Made by a program: the position numbers and the translations under genes
UHGV virus genome: UHGV-0391129
Source: a virus
Reading direction: 5' to 3' (one strand)
Length of the DNA: 40,404 bases
Notes under the pieces: model-generated
What the model saw: the letters and a program-made list of their open reading frames with translations, nothing else
Databases searched by the model: none
What the model was told of the DNA's origin: nothing
Shown here: positions 8,583-17,530 of the stretch, in pieces
How the letters are laid out: each line of letters opens with the position of its first letter
How positions within the stretch are numbered: position 1 is the stretch's first letter

Positions 8583-10175
8583 TTAATTAATCATGTCAGT
8601 TTCTCTGAAAGTGGCTGGATTAATCGACAGAGGAACTCGCCAACCATTTGAAGAAATCCGAGCAATCATTTTACGCGCAGTTTCAAACTGCCAAGTTCCG
8701 ACGTGCTGGAATCCTCTTTGTTCCAAGAATCTGATCTGTTTCGGTGTAGTCAGTCCTTCGCTACGTCTGAAATTCAAACGATCTAATAGCAGCGATGCTT
8801 TGCCGGCATTGTCAACTTGTTCTGGTAGAATACCGAATTTTTCTAATGTCTTAACTTGGCTATCACTCGGCGGGCCCATTTCCCAGCCGAATGCTGGTAC
8901 ATAACTAGAAAGATCTTCTGCTTGGATAGACATCTCAAATTGCAGTGGATCCACGAGTTTTTGTTTACGACGTTTCATCTCTGCTAATTGCTTGGCCAAG
9001 GCTTCTTCCCGTTCTGCTACTACATCTTCTGCTGCTTTCGATTCAGCCTCTTCAATATCCACAGGGATACCAGCTTCTTCAATATTTTCAGTCATCTTCT
9101 TAGCCACTTCATCGCTAGTGGCAATTAAATGAGCTGGATGACAAAGTTCATGGCGTTCAGTATGCCAAAGAAAATCTAGTAAAAGTAATTCAGTTTTTCC
9201 CTCATGCAGTCGGGTACCTCGCCCAACCATCTGGCTATAAAGCGACCGTACTTTAGTCGGCCGAAGAACTACAATGCAATCAACAGCAGGACTATCCCAG
9301 CCTTCTGTTAGCAACATTGAATTACAAAGCACATTGTACTTATCATTTTCAAAGTCTTCTAATATTTCCGCGCGATCTTTAGATTCACCATTGACTTCAG
9401 CAGCACGAAAACCTTTCGATTGTAAGATATCTCGAAACTTCTTAGAAGTTTTAACTAGTGGTAGAAATACAACTGTTTTTCGATTACTACAATGTTTCGC
9501 CATTTCATCGGCAATTTGATAAAGATAAGGATCTAGAGCTGTACCTAAATCTTTAGTGGAAAAATCTCCACCTTGCTGCTTTACACCTGTTAAGTCTAGC
9601 TTCAATGGAATCGTTAAAGCTTTAATTGGTGATAGATAGCCTTCTTTGATAGCCTTTGGTAAAGTGTATTCGTAAGCCAAAGATTCAAAGTATGACCCTA
9701 GATTTCTCATATCACCACGGTCTGGTGTAGCAGTTACGCCAAGAACATTGGATTGTTCGAAATGTTGTAGCACACGCTGGTAGCCATCTGAAATAGAATG
9801 GTGAGCTTCATCGACTACAATTGTGTCAAAAAAATTAGGTGGAAACTGGGATAAACGTTTCTCACGTTGTAGCGTCTGTACTGAACCAACAACTACCCGG
9901 AAGAAACTTCCGATGCTGGTCTGTTCTGCTTTTTCAGTTGCTGTTTTAAGTCCGGTCGACTTTTCTAATTTATCGGAAGCCTGGTCAAGTAGTTCCCCGC
10001 GATGAGCGAGGACAAGCACACGCTCGCCCTCACGCACCCGGTCTTCAATTACTTTTGAGAACACAATCGTCTTACCGCATCCTGTGGGTAAAACCAAAAG
10101 TGTCCGTTTTTTGCCTTCTGACCATTCCCGTTGAATGGCTTCACGGGCTTCCTGTTGGTATGGTCTTAATTGCAT
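8583..10175 (-). CDS. DEAD/DEAH-box (superfamily 2) helicase
   Basis: 530 aa with motif I LVLPTGCGKT and motif II VVDEAHH (DEAH); RBS AAAGGAA upstream. Confidence 0.8.
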   Translation of the reverse strand: MQLRPYQQEAREAIQREWSEGKKRTLLVLPTGCGKTIVFSKVIEDRVREGERVLVLAHRGELLDQASDKLEKSTGLKTATEKAEQTSIGSFFRVVVGSVQTLQREKRLSQFPPNFFDTIVVDEAHHSISDGYQRVLQHFEQSNVLGVTATPDRGDMRNLGSYFESLAYEYTLPKAIKEGYLSPIKALTIPLKLDLTGVKQQGGDFSTKDLGTALDPYLYQIADEMAKHCSNRKTVVFLPLVKTSKKFRDILQSKGFRAAEVNGESKDRAEILEDFENDKYNVLCNSMLLTEGWDSPAVDCIVVLRPTKVRSLYSQMVGRGTRLHEGKTELLLLDFLWHTERHELCHPAHLIATSDEVAKKMTENIEEAGIPVDIEEAESKAAEDVVAEREEALAKQLAEMKRRKQKLVDPLQFEMSIQAEDLSSYVPAFGWEMGPPSDSQVKTLEKFGILPEQVDNAGKASLLLDRLNFRRSEGLTTPKQIRFLEQRGFQHVGTWQFETARKMIARISSNGWRVPLSINPATFRETDMIN

Positions 10176-10228
10176 AGAAAGTTCCTTTCTTTAGTTGTAT
10201 AATTTAGAAAAAATAGGAGGCTCAAAAG
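10165..10228 (+). promoter_or_regulatory. Own promoter and RBS for the DUF4145 gene: extended -10 TGTATAAT (10194..10201) and AGGAGG RBS
   Basis: The sequence reads tttagtTGTATAATttagaaaaaatAGGAGGctcaaaagATG; the promoter overlaps the start of the divergently transcribed helicase gene. Confidence 0.45.
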
Positions 10229-10945
10229 ATGATTCAAAATAATTCACTAATCTGTCCTCATTGCGGACAAACATCTCCAAATATTTCTGCTGTTTATAGA
10301 GAAAAAGAAGTTTCCTTTTCGGAGACCTCACCTTCAATTTACGCAAAACATTTTGGTATGGAACCAAACCAATTTGATGAAATCAAAGATGCTATCATTG
10401 TTGGAATCTTGAGGTGTCCTGCTTGCGAAAAACACACAATAAAAATCTTTGGTCTTGGTCATGAAGTTGAAAATAATACTATGAATTTTTGGCCAAAAAG
10501 TAGAGCAAAAGTTTATCCAACCTATATTCCCGATAGTGTCAGAAAAGACTACGAAGAAGCATGTGCCATATTAGATTTAAGTCCAAAGGCATCAGCTACA
10601 TTATCTAGGCGTTGCCTTCAAGGTATGATTAGGGACTTCTGGGGAATTAGTGGTAAAAAATCCCTTTTCGATGAAATTAATTCGATTGATGACCAAGTTT
10701 CTCCGGATGTAAGAACTGTTTTACATTCTCTGAGACAGCTAGGAAACATTGGTGCTCATCCAGAAAAAGATATTAATTTAATCGTTGATATTGAACCTGG
10801 AGAAGCGAATCAGCTGGTTATGTTCATCGAGTATTTAATGGAAAATTGGTACATCAACAGACAAAAAACTGCTGATATGCTTGAAACAATCAATGAAATA
10901 AATAATGAAAAGCAGTCGGTTCGTAAAGAAGACAGTAATCTTTAA
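10229..10945 (+). CDS. Zinc-ribbon plus DUF4145 (HEPN-like) protein; candidate abortive-infection/superinfection-exclusion moron
   Basis: 238 aa. N-terminal CPHCGQ...(42 aa)...CPACEKH zinc ribbon and a C-terminal LRQLGNIGAHPE motif (R..N...H, HEPN-like, as in DUF4145). It is the only plus-strand gene embedded in the minus-strand replication module and has its own promoter. Confidence 0.55.
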   Translation: MIQNNSLICPHCGQTSPNISAVYREKEVSFSETSPSIYAKHFGMEPNQFDEIKDAIIVGILRCPACEKHTIKIFGLGHEVENNTMNFWPKSRAKVYPTYIPDSVRKDYEEACAILDLSPKASATLSRRCLQGMIRDFWGISGKKSLFDEINSIDDQVSPDVRTVLHSLRQLGNIGAHPEKDINLIVDIEPGEANQLVMFIEYLMENWYINRQKTADMLETINEINNEKQSVRKEDSNL

Positions 10946-11106
10946 ACTGGATCTTTTTCAGCCAAAAGATTTCCATCTTTACTCCAGTACTGATCAATAG
11001 GACGAACTGGGTCTTTTTCGGTTCCTTTACCTCTTGTTGCTATTACATGTATCACCTCAACTAGTTCAACTAGCTGAGGTGTTTTCATTTGGATTTCAGG
11101 ATTCAT
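10942..11106 (-). CDS. Unannotated small ORF (54 aa) with a strong RBS
   Basis: Hand-translated MNPEIQMKTPQLVELVEVIHVIATRGKGTEKDPVRPIDQYWSKDGNLLAEKDPV; GGAGGAA RBS 7 nt before the ATG at 11106. Its TAA stop (10944..10942) overlaps the TAA stop of the convergent DUF4145 gene. Confidence 0.4.
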   Translation of the reverse strand: MNPEIQMKTPQLVELVEVIHVIATRGKGTEKDPVRPIDQYWSKDGNLLAEKDPV

Positions 11107-11117
11107 TGATATTCCTC

Positions 11118-11864
11118 CTATGCAATAATCGTAATCCGGCCAGAATCGATCTCTTCAGATAGCTGCTCTTTCAAATATTCACGAATGTTCACGATTGCCT
11201 GATTCCGCCAAGCGCCACCATCTGCTTCAAAGATTGCTCCTCGAGGGCCGTCCTTCATCCGGAAGATAAACTGACTTGTAGGCTGTTCCACTTCAAGGAA
11301 GGTACGGTATGGAGCTAGGTCGACTGGATTAGGCACTCGTACATCCGCTTTTGTTGCAATGCCTTGATTGATGGTAACTGCTTGGCTCACACCATCGTCA
11401 CCGGTTTGACGGATATTATCCTCAGACACATTTCCCACTACTTGTAGCAAGATAGCTCGGTGATCGTTTGGTACAAATTTCGATTGTAAGGCAATGTTGA
11501 AGGATTCCATATCATGGAATTGACCAAAAGCAAAACTTGGTGTAATTGCTTCTGCTACTGCCAAAGTTTCACGGTTACCATCAATTTCAAGGGAACCTCT
11601 CAAATAAACAGTCGTCTCATTTTTGATGTGAACCAGCAGCGACGTATCTTTTCGCTCAATACCTGATTTGATGTAATTCACAAATCCAGACAGGGTATTG
11701 ATTTCAAGAGCTGATTTTGCGACGATAGCCCGTTCTCGAATTTCCGACACATTTCCCTCTTGATCTACGCCAAAAATACGACCATCATCCAGTTCTACAA
11801 TACGTTCATCGGGACGTACCCCTAATGCTGCCAATCTATCGATTGCTGCTACTGTTAAATCCAT
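11118..11864 (-). CDS. Hypothetical phage protein (early/recombination module)
   Basis: 248 aa ORF, comparatively GC-rich; no motif recognised. Confidence 0.45.
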   Translation of the reverse strand: MDLTVAAIDRLAALGVRPDERIVELDDGRIFGVDQEGNVSEIRERAIVAKSALEINTLSGFVNYIKSGIERKDTSLLVHIKNETTVYLRGSLEIDGNRETLAVAEAITPSFAFGQFHDMESFNIALQSKFVPNDHRAILLQVVGNVSEDNIRQTGDDGVSQAVTINQGIATKADVRVPNPVDLAPYRTFLEVEQPTSQFIFRMKDGPRGAIFEADGGAWRNQAIVNIREYLKEQLSEEIDSGRITIIA

Positions 11865-11869
11865 CTAAA

Positions 11870-12298
11870 TCATCCTCTCTTTTGTTGTAAATCAATAATT
11901 TGTTTTTGCTTTGCTTGCTCTTTTTCGATCACATCAATCGGTACCCCGACATCGGTTTTTACTTCCCCATCTGCGGGATCAATAAAGGTTTGACCAGGAA
12001 CGGATGATTTCAGTTCATGAGCTTCCACTTTGCCGGTTGCCAAATCTTTGCCAGTCAACACTGTAGTAGAGACCCCTTCTACAGGTGCAACCTTGACCGT
12101 GAAATCACTTGATACTGTGACGACTTGACGATTTTCGTCTGGCTTGAATTCGAGTTTGATAGTCACACCCCGTTTGGCCGTTGCCGGTGTATTGGGATCA
12201 TGAATATTGGCAAATACTTTTTCCAGTTCGCCATTCAGTTTTTCCTGAATGGCGCCATTTGCTAATTCTGAGAGCTGCAAATCAATTTCTTTTGTCAT
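11870..12298 (-). CDS. Hypothetical phage protein
   Basis: 142 aa ORF in an operon with Sak4-like and DUF669-like genes. Confidence 0.45.
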   Translation of the reverse strand: MTKEIDLQLSELANGAIQEKLNGELEKVFANIHDPNTPATAKRGVTIKLEFKPDENRQVVTVSSDFTVKVAPVEGVSTTVLTGKDLATGKVEAHELKSSVPGQTFIDPADGEVKTDVGVPIDVIEKEQAKQKQIIDLQQKRG

Positions 12299-12310
12299 AA
12301 ATCCGTCCTC

Positions 12311-12901
12311 CTAAAATGCCCCTGCTTGGAATCCACTAGCCTGTGGTTGTTGCGGCTGATTAAAGCCTTGTTGCGGTTGGGTAAATCCTTGTTGTGACTG
12401 ATTCTGCATTGGCGGTTGACCAAAATTTTGTTGAGGTGGCGTTGGATTTCCTTGATATGAACCATTCATATTTGCAGCACCTTCTATAAATTCATCGATT
12501 CGGTTATTTTGCTTATTCTCACCATTTTTTTGATAAGTATTGACGCTAACTTTCGCCCGACCACGGCTTCCTACTACCATTTGCCAATTCGGCGAAAAAG
12601 CTTGTCCTACGACAGGTCCTTGACCAATTGAGGAAAAGAACTGCGTTAACTTCCAAGCCCATTTCTTCATCAAATAAATGCGCTCTTTAACGGTAGTAGT
12701 TCCTTCTGGCGCAGTGATTTCAAATTCAATTTCCGCATAAGGCGCACCATTTGGAATTTTTTGACTTGGACCATCGTAAATCTTTCGTTCCATTCCGATT
12801 ACAACAAATGGATATTCTCCAGCGGGTAAAAGTGTGTACGTGCTTTCCTCAGCTATAAAGCTTCCATTCCAATCTAAAAATTCATTTTCGTTGTTCATCA
12901 A
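12311..12901 (-). CDS. DUF669-like phage protein with a Q/P-rich C-terminal tail (Sak4-associated, possibly ssDNA-binding)
   Basis: 196 aa. N-terminus FLDWNGSFIAEESTYTLLPAGEYPFVVIGMERK...IEFEITAPEG resembles DUF669 proteins that accompany AAA_24 recombinases. The C-terminus is low-complexity QQ/PQ repeats. Confidence 0.4.
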   Translation of the reverse strand: MMNNENEFLDWNGSFIAEESTYTLLPAGEYPFVVIGMERKIYDGPSQKIPNGAPYAEIEFEITAPEGTTTVKERIYLMKKWAWKLTQFFSSIGQGPVVGQAFSPNWQMVVGSRGRAKVSVNTYQKNGENKQNNRIDEFIEGAANMNGSYQGNPTPPQQNFGQPPMQNQSQQGFTQPQQGFNQPQQPQASGFQAGAF

Positions 12902-12911
12902 TTATCTCCTC

Positions 12912-13970
12912 CTAGAAGTTTCTGATTTTATTTTTTAAAAGGCCTAAAGCGTTGGCCCAGTTACTCGCAAGGTAATTCCATAGATCTATTGGTACATTTT
13001 CAGCAGGCGTATCTTGCGGCATAAAACCACCGACATAGATCACTTGCATAATTTCCTCATAGCTAACTCCATCATTACGCATTAAATCAGCCAATCCTTT
13101 TGGAACTATCGACGGAATTTCCGCTCGTTGATCAGGATCAGGTGAAAAGTCCGGTTGTGGCTCAGGTAACGTGACATCATCTGTAGGTGATGGGAAAGGT
13201 TTAGATGCTTCAGTTATAGGCAATTGACCAACACCAACTGTTGCTTGCTCAAAAGCTTGGGAAATTTGTGAATAGTCGAAAGGTAATTCATCAGGTAACT
13301 GCCAGCGATTCTTGGCATCCCACGCTGGGCGGTGAGTTGTATACATCGTCCGTTGACCACCTGTAGCTTTCTTACTATTGGTTTTACTATCAGTAATTAC
13401 AGTAGTCTTATAGTTAGCAAACAACACATTATCAGACCATTCTTTTACGATTCCAGCTGATTTCTTTTCAAGTTTCAGTTCATAGCGATCATAAGCGCCC
13501 ATTTCATCGGGTTCTTCTTTCTTCCGCAACATGGCATGAGCGGTTATCAATACATTGATACCAACGTCTATAACATCACTGAGCAGATTCAGCAGATTTC
13601 CCATCTCTTTTTCTAAGGCAATGTATTTATTACCATAATCGTTCCCTGAATCGTTCCACTTGCCCTGTGCCATCAAATGACGTTTGCAAAGATTTTCTGC
13701 CCAGTCGATCGTGTCAATGACTAATGTGCGACATGGCCGGTTGATTTTGACGTACTCAACTTGTTGCAAAAGCATTGTCCAGCTAGTCGGTTTATCAAAT
13801 CGTTTCACGTCCATATGAAGCGTTGAGTCTTCAGTATCAATAAATAGTGGCTCTGGAAACTGACTAGCAAATGTTGATTTTCCAATTCCTTCAACGCCAT
13901 ATAAAACGACTTTCTGCGCTTTAGGAATACGTCCTGTTGTGATATTCATTAAAATGCTGCTCCTTTCCAT
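12912..13970 (-). CDS. Sak4-like AAA_24 recombination ATPase
   Basis: 352 aa; the VVLYGVEGIGKSTFASQFPEPLFIDTEDS motif matches the AAA_24 Walker A and the adjacent FIDTE signature. Confidence 0.65.
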   Translation of the reverse strand: MERSSILMNITTGRIPKAQKVVLYGVEGIGKSTFASQFPEPLFIDTEDSTLHMDVKRFDKPTSWTMLLQQVEYVKINRPCRTLVIDTIDWAENLCKRHLMAQGKWNDSGNDYGNKYIALEKEMGNLLNLLSDVIDVGINVLITAHAMLRKKEEPDEMGAYDRYELKLEKKSAGIVKEWSDNVLFANYKTTVITDSKTNSKKATGGQRTMYTTHRPAWDAKNRWQLPDELPFDYSQISQAFEQATVGVGQLPITEASKPFPSPTDDVTLPEPQPDFSPDPDQRAEIPSIVPKGLADLMRNDGVSYEEIMQVIYVGGFMPQDTPAENVPIDLWNYLASNWANALGLLKNKIRNF

Positions 13971-15238
13971 GTTGTTTGAGCCGGTGCTACAGTCTCATTT
14001 TTGATTGCATAACCATCTTCGATAATAATCTCGCATTCATCACCAGTAGAAACCCGGGTAGCAATAGCCTGTAGCCCTTCCTGTTCAAGCCACTGACCAA
14101 ATTCTTCAAGCGACTTCATATCCATCTGCTCAAGCTTGTCCAAAAGGATAAAGCCACAATCTGGTTTCAACTTTCGAACAATTGCCGTAGAAACTTTCAA
14201 CTGATCTGACCCAGACATGTTGTCCCAGCGTTGGCCGTTGTATGTTAGTTCACCTTCTACTACGGATAGACCTGGTAAAGGTAAATCAGCCTTATTCAAT
14301 AACTCGGCTTTCTGACGACGGATTTCGTCAATCTTGGTAGTTTCAGCAACGTACTGCGTTTCATATTCTTTGGCATCATATTCGGCTTTTTCCTTATCAA
14401 GATTGGCCCTGACTTTCCGATTGATTTCATCAATTTTTGCCAAATTCTGTTCTAACTGTTCAGTAGATTCATCTTGCAAATCAACAGCAGATTTTTGGGC
14501 AATTTCTAGATTTTTCGAAGTCTCAGCGTGTTGGGCTTCCATTTGAATCAATTGTTGACGAGCTTGCTCAATCTGTTGGCGTTCAAGCTCCCATTTTTGC
14601 CCGATTGACTGCGCCTGTTCCCGTTTCCGCTGATTCTCCCCGTTTTTAGCCAAAATATCTTGTTGTTGGGCAATTAGTTCACTTGCTTCAACAGGTACTT
14701 TAGGTGCATCCGGATAGTAAACTTGCTCAGCGGCGTATTTCTTTTTTTGATCGGCAATCTGACCAATTGCATGACGGTGATTGTAAATCTCTTGTTCAGC
14801 ACGCTCTAACTCAAATAATTGCGGGCCGACTCCAATAATTTGAAGAAGTGTATTCGCCTTTTCTTTGCTCGTAGAATCCATGAACTTGGGAAGGTCAATT
14901 GCGAGTTCCTCTACAAAGCTATTTAAGAGGCTTTGACCGCCTTTTTGTCCATTAGGGTCAATTACCTTCAAATCTGAGTTCTTTCCTTTTCGTTCCACAA
15001 TCAAGCCGTTGTTCATCACAATATGGAGATGTGGCGGGTTCACCGAGCCTTCCCGATGAGCTTGGCTAGGTTTGTACTTGTTGCCACCTAATCCCCAAGC
15101 AATAGCATCTAGGACACTTGTTTTACCCTGATTGTTATTTCCACCAACGATAGTTAGGCCGTTGGCAGTCGGTTCAATTTTTACAGCTTTCACACGTTTG
15201 ACGTTTTCAATCTCAAGTTTGTTGATTTTAACTGACAT
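13949..15238 (-). CDS. SMC/RecF/SbcC-like ABC ATPase (AAA_23-type) with a central coiled coil
   Basis: 429 aa with Walker A GGNNNQGKTSVLDAI, a long E/Q/K-rich coiled coil and a Walker B-like FILLDKLEQMD. Confidence 0.55.
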   Translation of the reverse strand: MSVKINKLEIENVKRVKAVKIEPTANGLTIVGGNNNQGKTSVLDAIAWGLGGNKYKPSQAHREGSVNPPHLHIVMNNGLIVERKGKNSDLKVIDPNGQKGGQSLLNSFVEELAIDLPKFMDSTSKEKANTLLQIIGVGPQLFELERAEQEIYNHRHAIGQIADQKKKYAAEQVYYPDAPKVPVEASELIAQQQDILAKNGENQRKREQAQSIGQKWELERQQIEQARQQLIQMEAQHAETSKNLEIAQKSAVDLQDESTEQLEQNLAKIDEINRKVRANLDKEKAEYDAKEYETQYVAETTKIDEIRRQKAELLNKADLPLPGLSVVEGELTYNGQRWDNMSGSDQLKVSTAIVRKLKPDCGFILLDKLEQMDMKSLEEFGQWLEQEGLQAIATRVSTGDECEIIIEDGYAIKNETVAPAQTTWKGAAF

Positions 15239-15266
15239 CTGTTTTACACTTCCTTTAGATAGGTTT

Positions 15267-16067
15267 TTATTGACTGACTTTTTGCTTGCCGGCTGAGTCG
15301 GTCTTTTTTATTACTAGTAAATCCCCATTGGGCAAATAATATTGTTCTGTTCGTTGGCCATTAATGCACACTGTAGTCAAAATCAAATTGACTTGTTTTG
15401 ATTCAATTGAAATATCTGATGAATTTTCTGTTGAGACATTCACTTCTACTTCCTCCTTTTTCTTAGGAATATGAGCAAATCGAGCATCATTAAAACGATT
15501 CATAGCATTTTTGGCTTTAATACTCGTAGTTCCTTTTATCGGAAAAATATTAATACGACCGGAATTTCGAAGCCGTGTAACTTTCCCTTGGACTTGGCTG
15601 TATTTCATACCAGTTAAACGACTAAGATCGTCATAATTTGATACATATCCGTTTTCATCAAAGCTGATATTATCGATGAGCAATTGAATTTTTTCTTCTG
15701 TCCATTTAGCATCGATACTTGTTGTTCTTTTAGATTTCATAAGTCGTGCTACGCGATTTCCAACAGCTATCTCAGTCCTACCCAATGCACCAGCTATTTC
15801 GCTATGAGTGGCTCCCTGTTTTCTCATTGCTAACAGACGCTTATCTTCTTCGGATGTCCAAGGGCGTTTGAAACTATCAATGGCTAATTCCCGATTTACC
15901 TTTGGGAGATCCCCGTCACGTTGCAAGTTATATATTTTATTTCTTACTGATTGTGTTGTTCGATTTAACTTATTTGCCATTTCTTTTATATTCAAAACTT
16001 CGTTAGTTTCAGCAAGTAAGGCATTCTTTTTTAAATATTGAATTTCCTTAGTAGTCCAATTCTTCAA
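15267..16067 (-). CDS. DNA-binding protein with three Myb/SANT-like repeats
   Basis: 266 aa. Repeats WTTKEIQYLKKN..., PWTSEEDKRLLAMRKQGATHSEIAGALGRTEIAVGNRVARL and KWTEEKIQLLIDN...VTRLRNSGR. Confidence 0.45.
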   Translation of the reverse strand: MKNWTTKEIQYLKKNALLAETNEVLNIKEMANKLNRTTQSVRNKIYNLQRDGDLPKVNRELAIDSFKRPWTSEEDKRLLAMRKQGATHSEIAGALGRTEIAVGNRVARLMKSKRTTSIDAKWTEEKIQLLIDNISFDENGYVSNYDDLSRLTGMKYSQVQGKVTRLRNSGRINIFPIKGTTSIKAKNAMNRFNDARFAHIPKKKEEVEVNVSTENSSDISIESKQVNLILTTVCINGQRTEQYYLPNGDLLVIKKTDSAGKQKVSQ

Positions 16068-16083
16068 TCAACTCACCTTCTTC

Positions 16084-16278
16084 CTAATAAATTCCTTTTT
16101 CAACATCGATAATATGCATGCGATAGCCAAGTAATGCAGATACAATTAAAGCTGAAATAACTGCAATCACAATTAGTGTTACGCTTAAACTGATACTTCC
16201 CATCCAGCTAAATATAGCTGTAACCATGGCTACGACAACTGTAAATAGTATTAGCATTGAACATTTATGTTTTGTCAT
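16084..16278 (-). CDS. Small two-TM membrane protein
   Basis: 64 aa containing two hydrophobic helices. Confidence 0.4.
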   Translation of the reverse strand: MTKHKCSMLILFTVVVAMVTAIFSWMGSISLSVTLIVIAVISALIVSALLGYRMHIIDVEKGIY

Positions 16279-16307
16279 GTTTTCACCCTATTTCTGATTT
16301 TTAGCAA

Positions 16308-16616
16308 TTAATATTCTGGTAAATCATTGAATAATTTTTGTAAAAATGGTCTGATGCGTTCTGCATCAAATATCCATTTTCCATCTGTATCTCTTTTTGC
16401 CAATTTATTATTTCTGACATAAGGATCGTAAACTATATAATCCATAATCCATGCTCTTTTCCTTCGAGTTATTTTTTCCATATCAGCGATTGTCAACCAT
16501 TCAGGTTTCAAAAATTTATCAAATAGTTCATTCAAATATTCTTTGGCAAATTTTTCCATATATTTATTGTCTAATTGCACATTTACTTGCACTGGTAGAT
16601 CTGGTTGAGGAAACAT
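16308..16616 (-). CDS. Hypothetical early protein (DUF771-like?)
   Basis: 102 aa ORF directly downstream of cro; the family assignment is uncertain. Confidence 0.35.
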   Translation of the reverse strand: MFPQPDLPVQVNVQLDNKYMEKFAKEYLNELFDKFLKPEWLTIADMEKITRRKRAWIMDYIVYDPYVRNNKLAKRDTDGKWIFDAERIRPFLQKLFNDLPEY

Positions 16617-16618
16617 AA

Positions 16619-16846
16619 TTACACCTCCTGTTTAACATTTGCGTATTTTCGGTCAATGCCGAGAAAGTCTGCAATTTCTAATCGATAGAAATTAGCTTTT
16701 TTACCTTTTTGAAATCCCTCAATAACTTGACGTGTGTATACAGCAGACTTTCCAATGTGACTGGCAACATCATTTAATTTGATACGCTTTCTTTTCATCA
16801 TGATGTCAGCAATTTCTCCAAAATCTGTGATCCGCATTATTTTCAT
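16619..16846 (-). CDS. Cro-like HTH regulator
   Basis: 75 aa with an HTH (LNDVASHIGKSAVYTRQVIEG). The AAGGAG RBS abuts the first ATG, so the true start may be the ATG at about 16837. First gene of the leftward early operon. Confidence 0.6.
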   Translation of the reverse strand: MKIMRITDFGEIADIMMKRKRIKLNDVASHIGKSAVYTRQVIEGFQKGKKANFYRLEIADFLGIDRKYANVKQEV

Positions 16847-16879
16847 CTCCTTCTTTCCATAAAATTGGGTTAATAATAG

Positions 16880-17164
16880 TTAGCCTTCATCTACTCGGTA
16901 GATGATTTTTGTTTATAAGCTAGTTAATTTATTAGCTAAAACTGTTGACATTTTTAACCTATAGTGTAAAATGTAGACATAGTTAAATAAGGCTATAGAA
17001 AGTCCCAGTAAACCTTTTATCCGTCGCCAAACGTTGAGGTTATCACTATGCTATTCTTATGTCTTTTTTTAGCTGACTAACTAGCTTATGAACATAGTAT
17101 ATTAATCTTTAGATTAAATGTCAACCTTTTTTAACCTAAAGATTAAAAAGATTGTTCTTTTGCT
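16880..17164. promoter_or_regulatory. Genetic-switch region holding candidate promoters, operator half-sites and a perfect palindrome
   Basis: Palindrome CATCTAC-tcg-GTAGATG plus T-run at 16889..16915. Plus-strand promoter TTGACA (16945..16950) and TAAAAT (16967..16972). Minus-strand promoter TTGACA (17124..17119), 17-nt spacer, TATACT (17101..17096). Operator half-sites TTAATCTTTAG at 17102..17112 and its inverse CTAAAGATTAA at 17136..17146. Confidence 0.45.
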
Positions 17165-17530
17165 ATGGAGGATGTTTATATGACACCATTTGAAAGAGTT
17201 AAATATCTTTCTGATAAACAAGGGATTTCGATTAATGCTTTGGAAGAAAGAATTGGTCTTAGCAAAAATACTTTATATTCTTGGAAGAAAAAAACACCAG
17301 GCGTGGACAAGCTTAAACTCGTAGCCGACTACTTCGATGTCTCCACTGACTACCTACTAGGGCGCACGAACAATCCTGTAGCAGGTCTTTCCAAAAAAGC
17401 TCCGTTCACTGTGGAAGAGGCACTCGCTTCTGTTATGAGTAGCGATGGTAAGCCATTGACTGAACACGATCGAAAAGTATTGACTGGTATTATTGAAGCT
17501 TATCTTGAAAAAAATACTGACGCTGAGTAG
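17165..17530 (+). CDS. cI-like repressor (XRE-family HTH)
   Basis: 121 aa with an N-terminal HTH (ISINALEERIGLSKNTLYSWKK). The GGAGG RBS lies inside the first codons, so the start is probably the ATG at 17180 (MTPFERV...). Confidence 0.7.
   Translation: MEDVYMTPFERVKYLSDKQGISINALEERIGLSKNTLYSWKKKTPGVDKLKLVADYFDVSTDYLLGRTNNPVAGLSKKAPFTVEEALASVMSSDGKPLTEHDRKVLTGIIEAYLEKNTDAE

Noticed and set aside
16889-16915. CATCTACtcgGTAGATG plus T-run read as a plus-strand intrinsic terminator
   Set aside because: There is no plus-strand gene upstream whose transcript it could end. It is more likely a protein-binding palindrome or a structure in the leader of the leftward cro transcript, and it is reported under the switch region instead.
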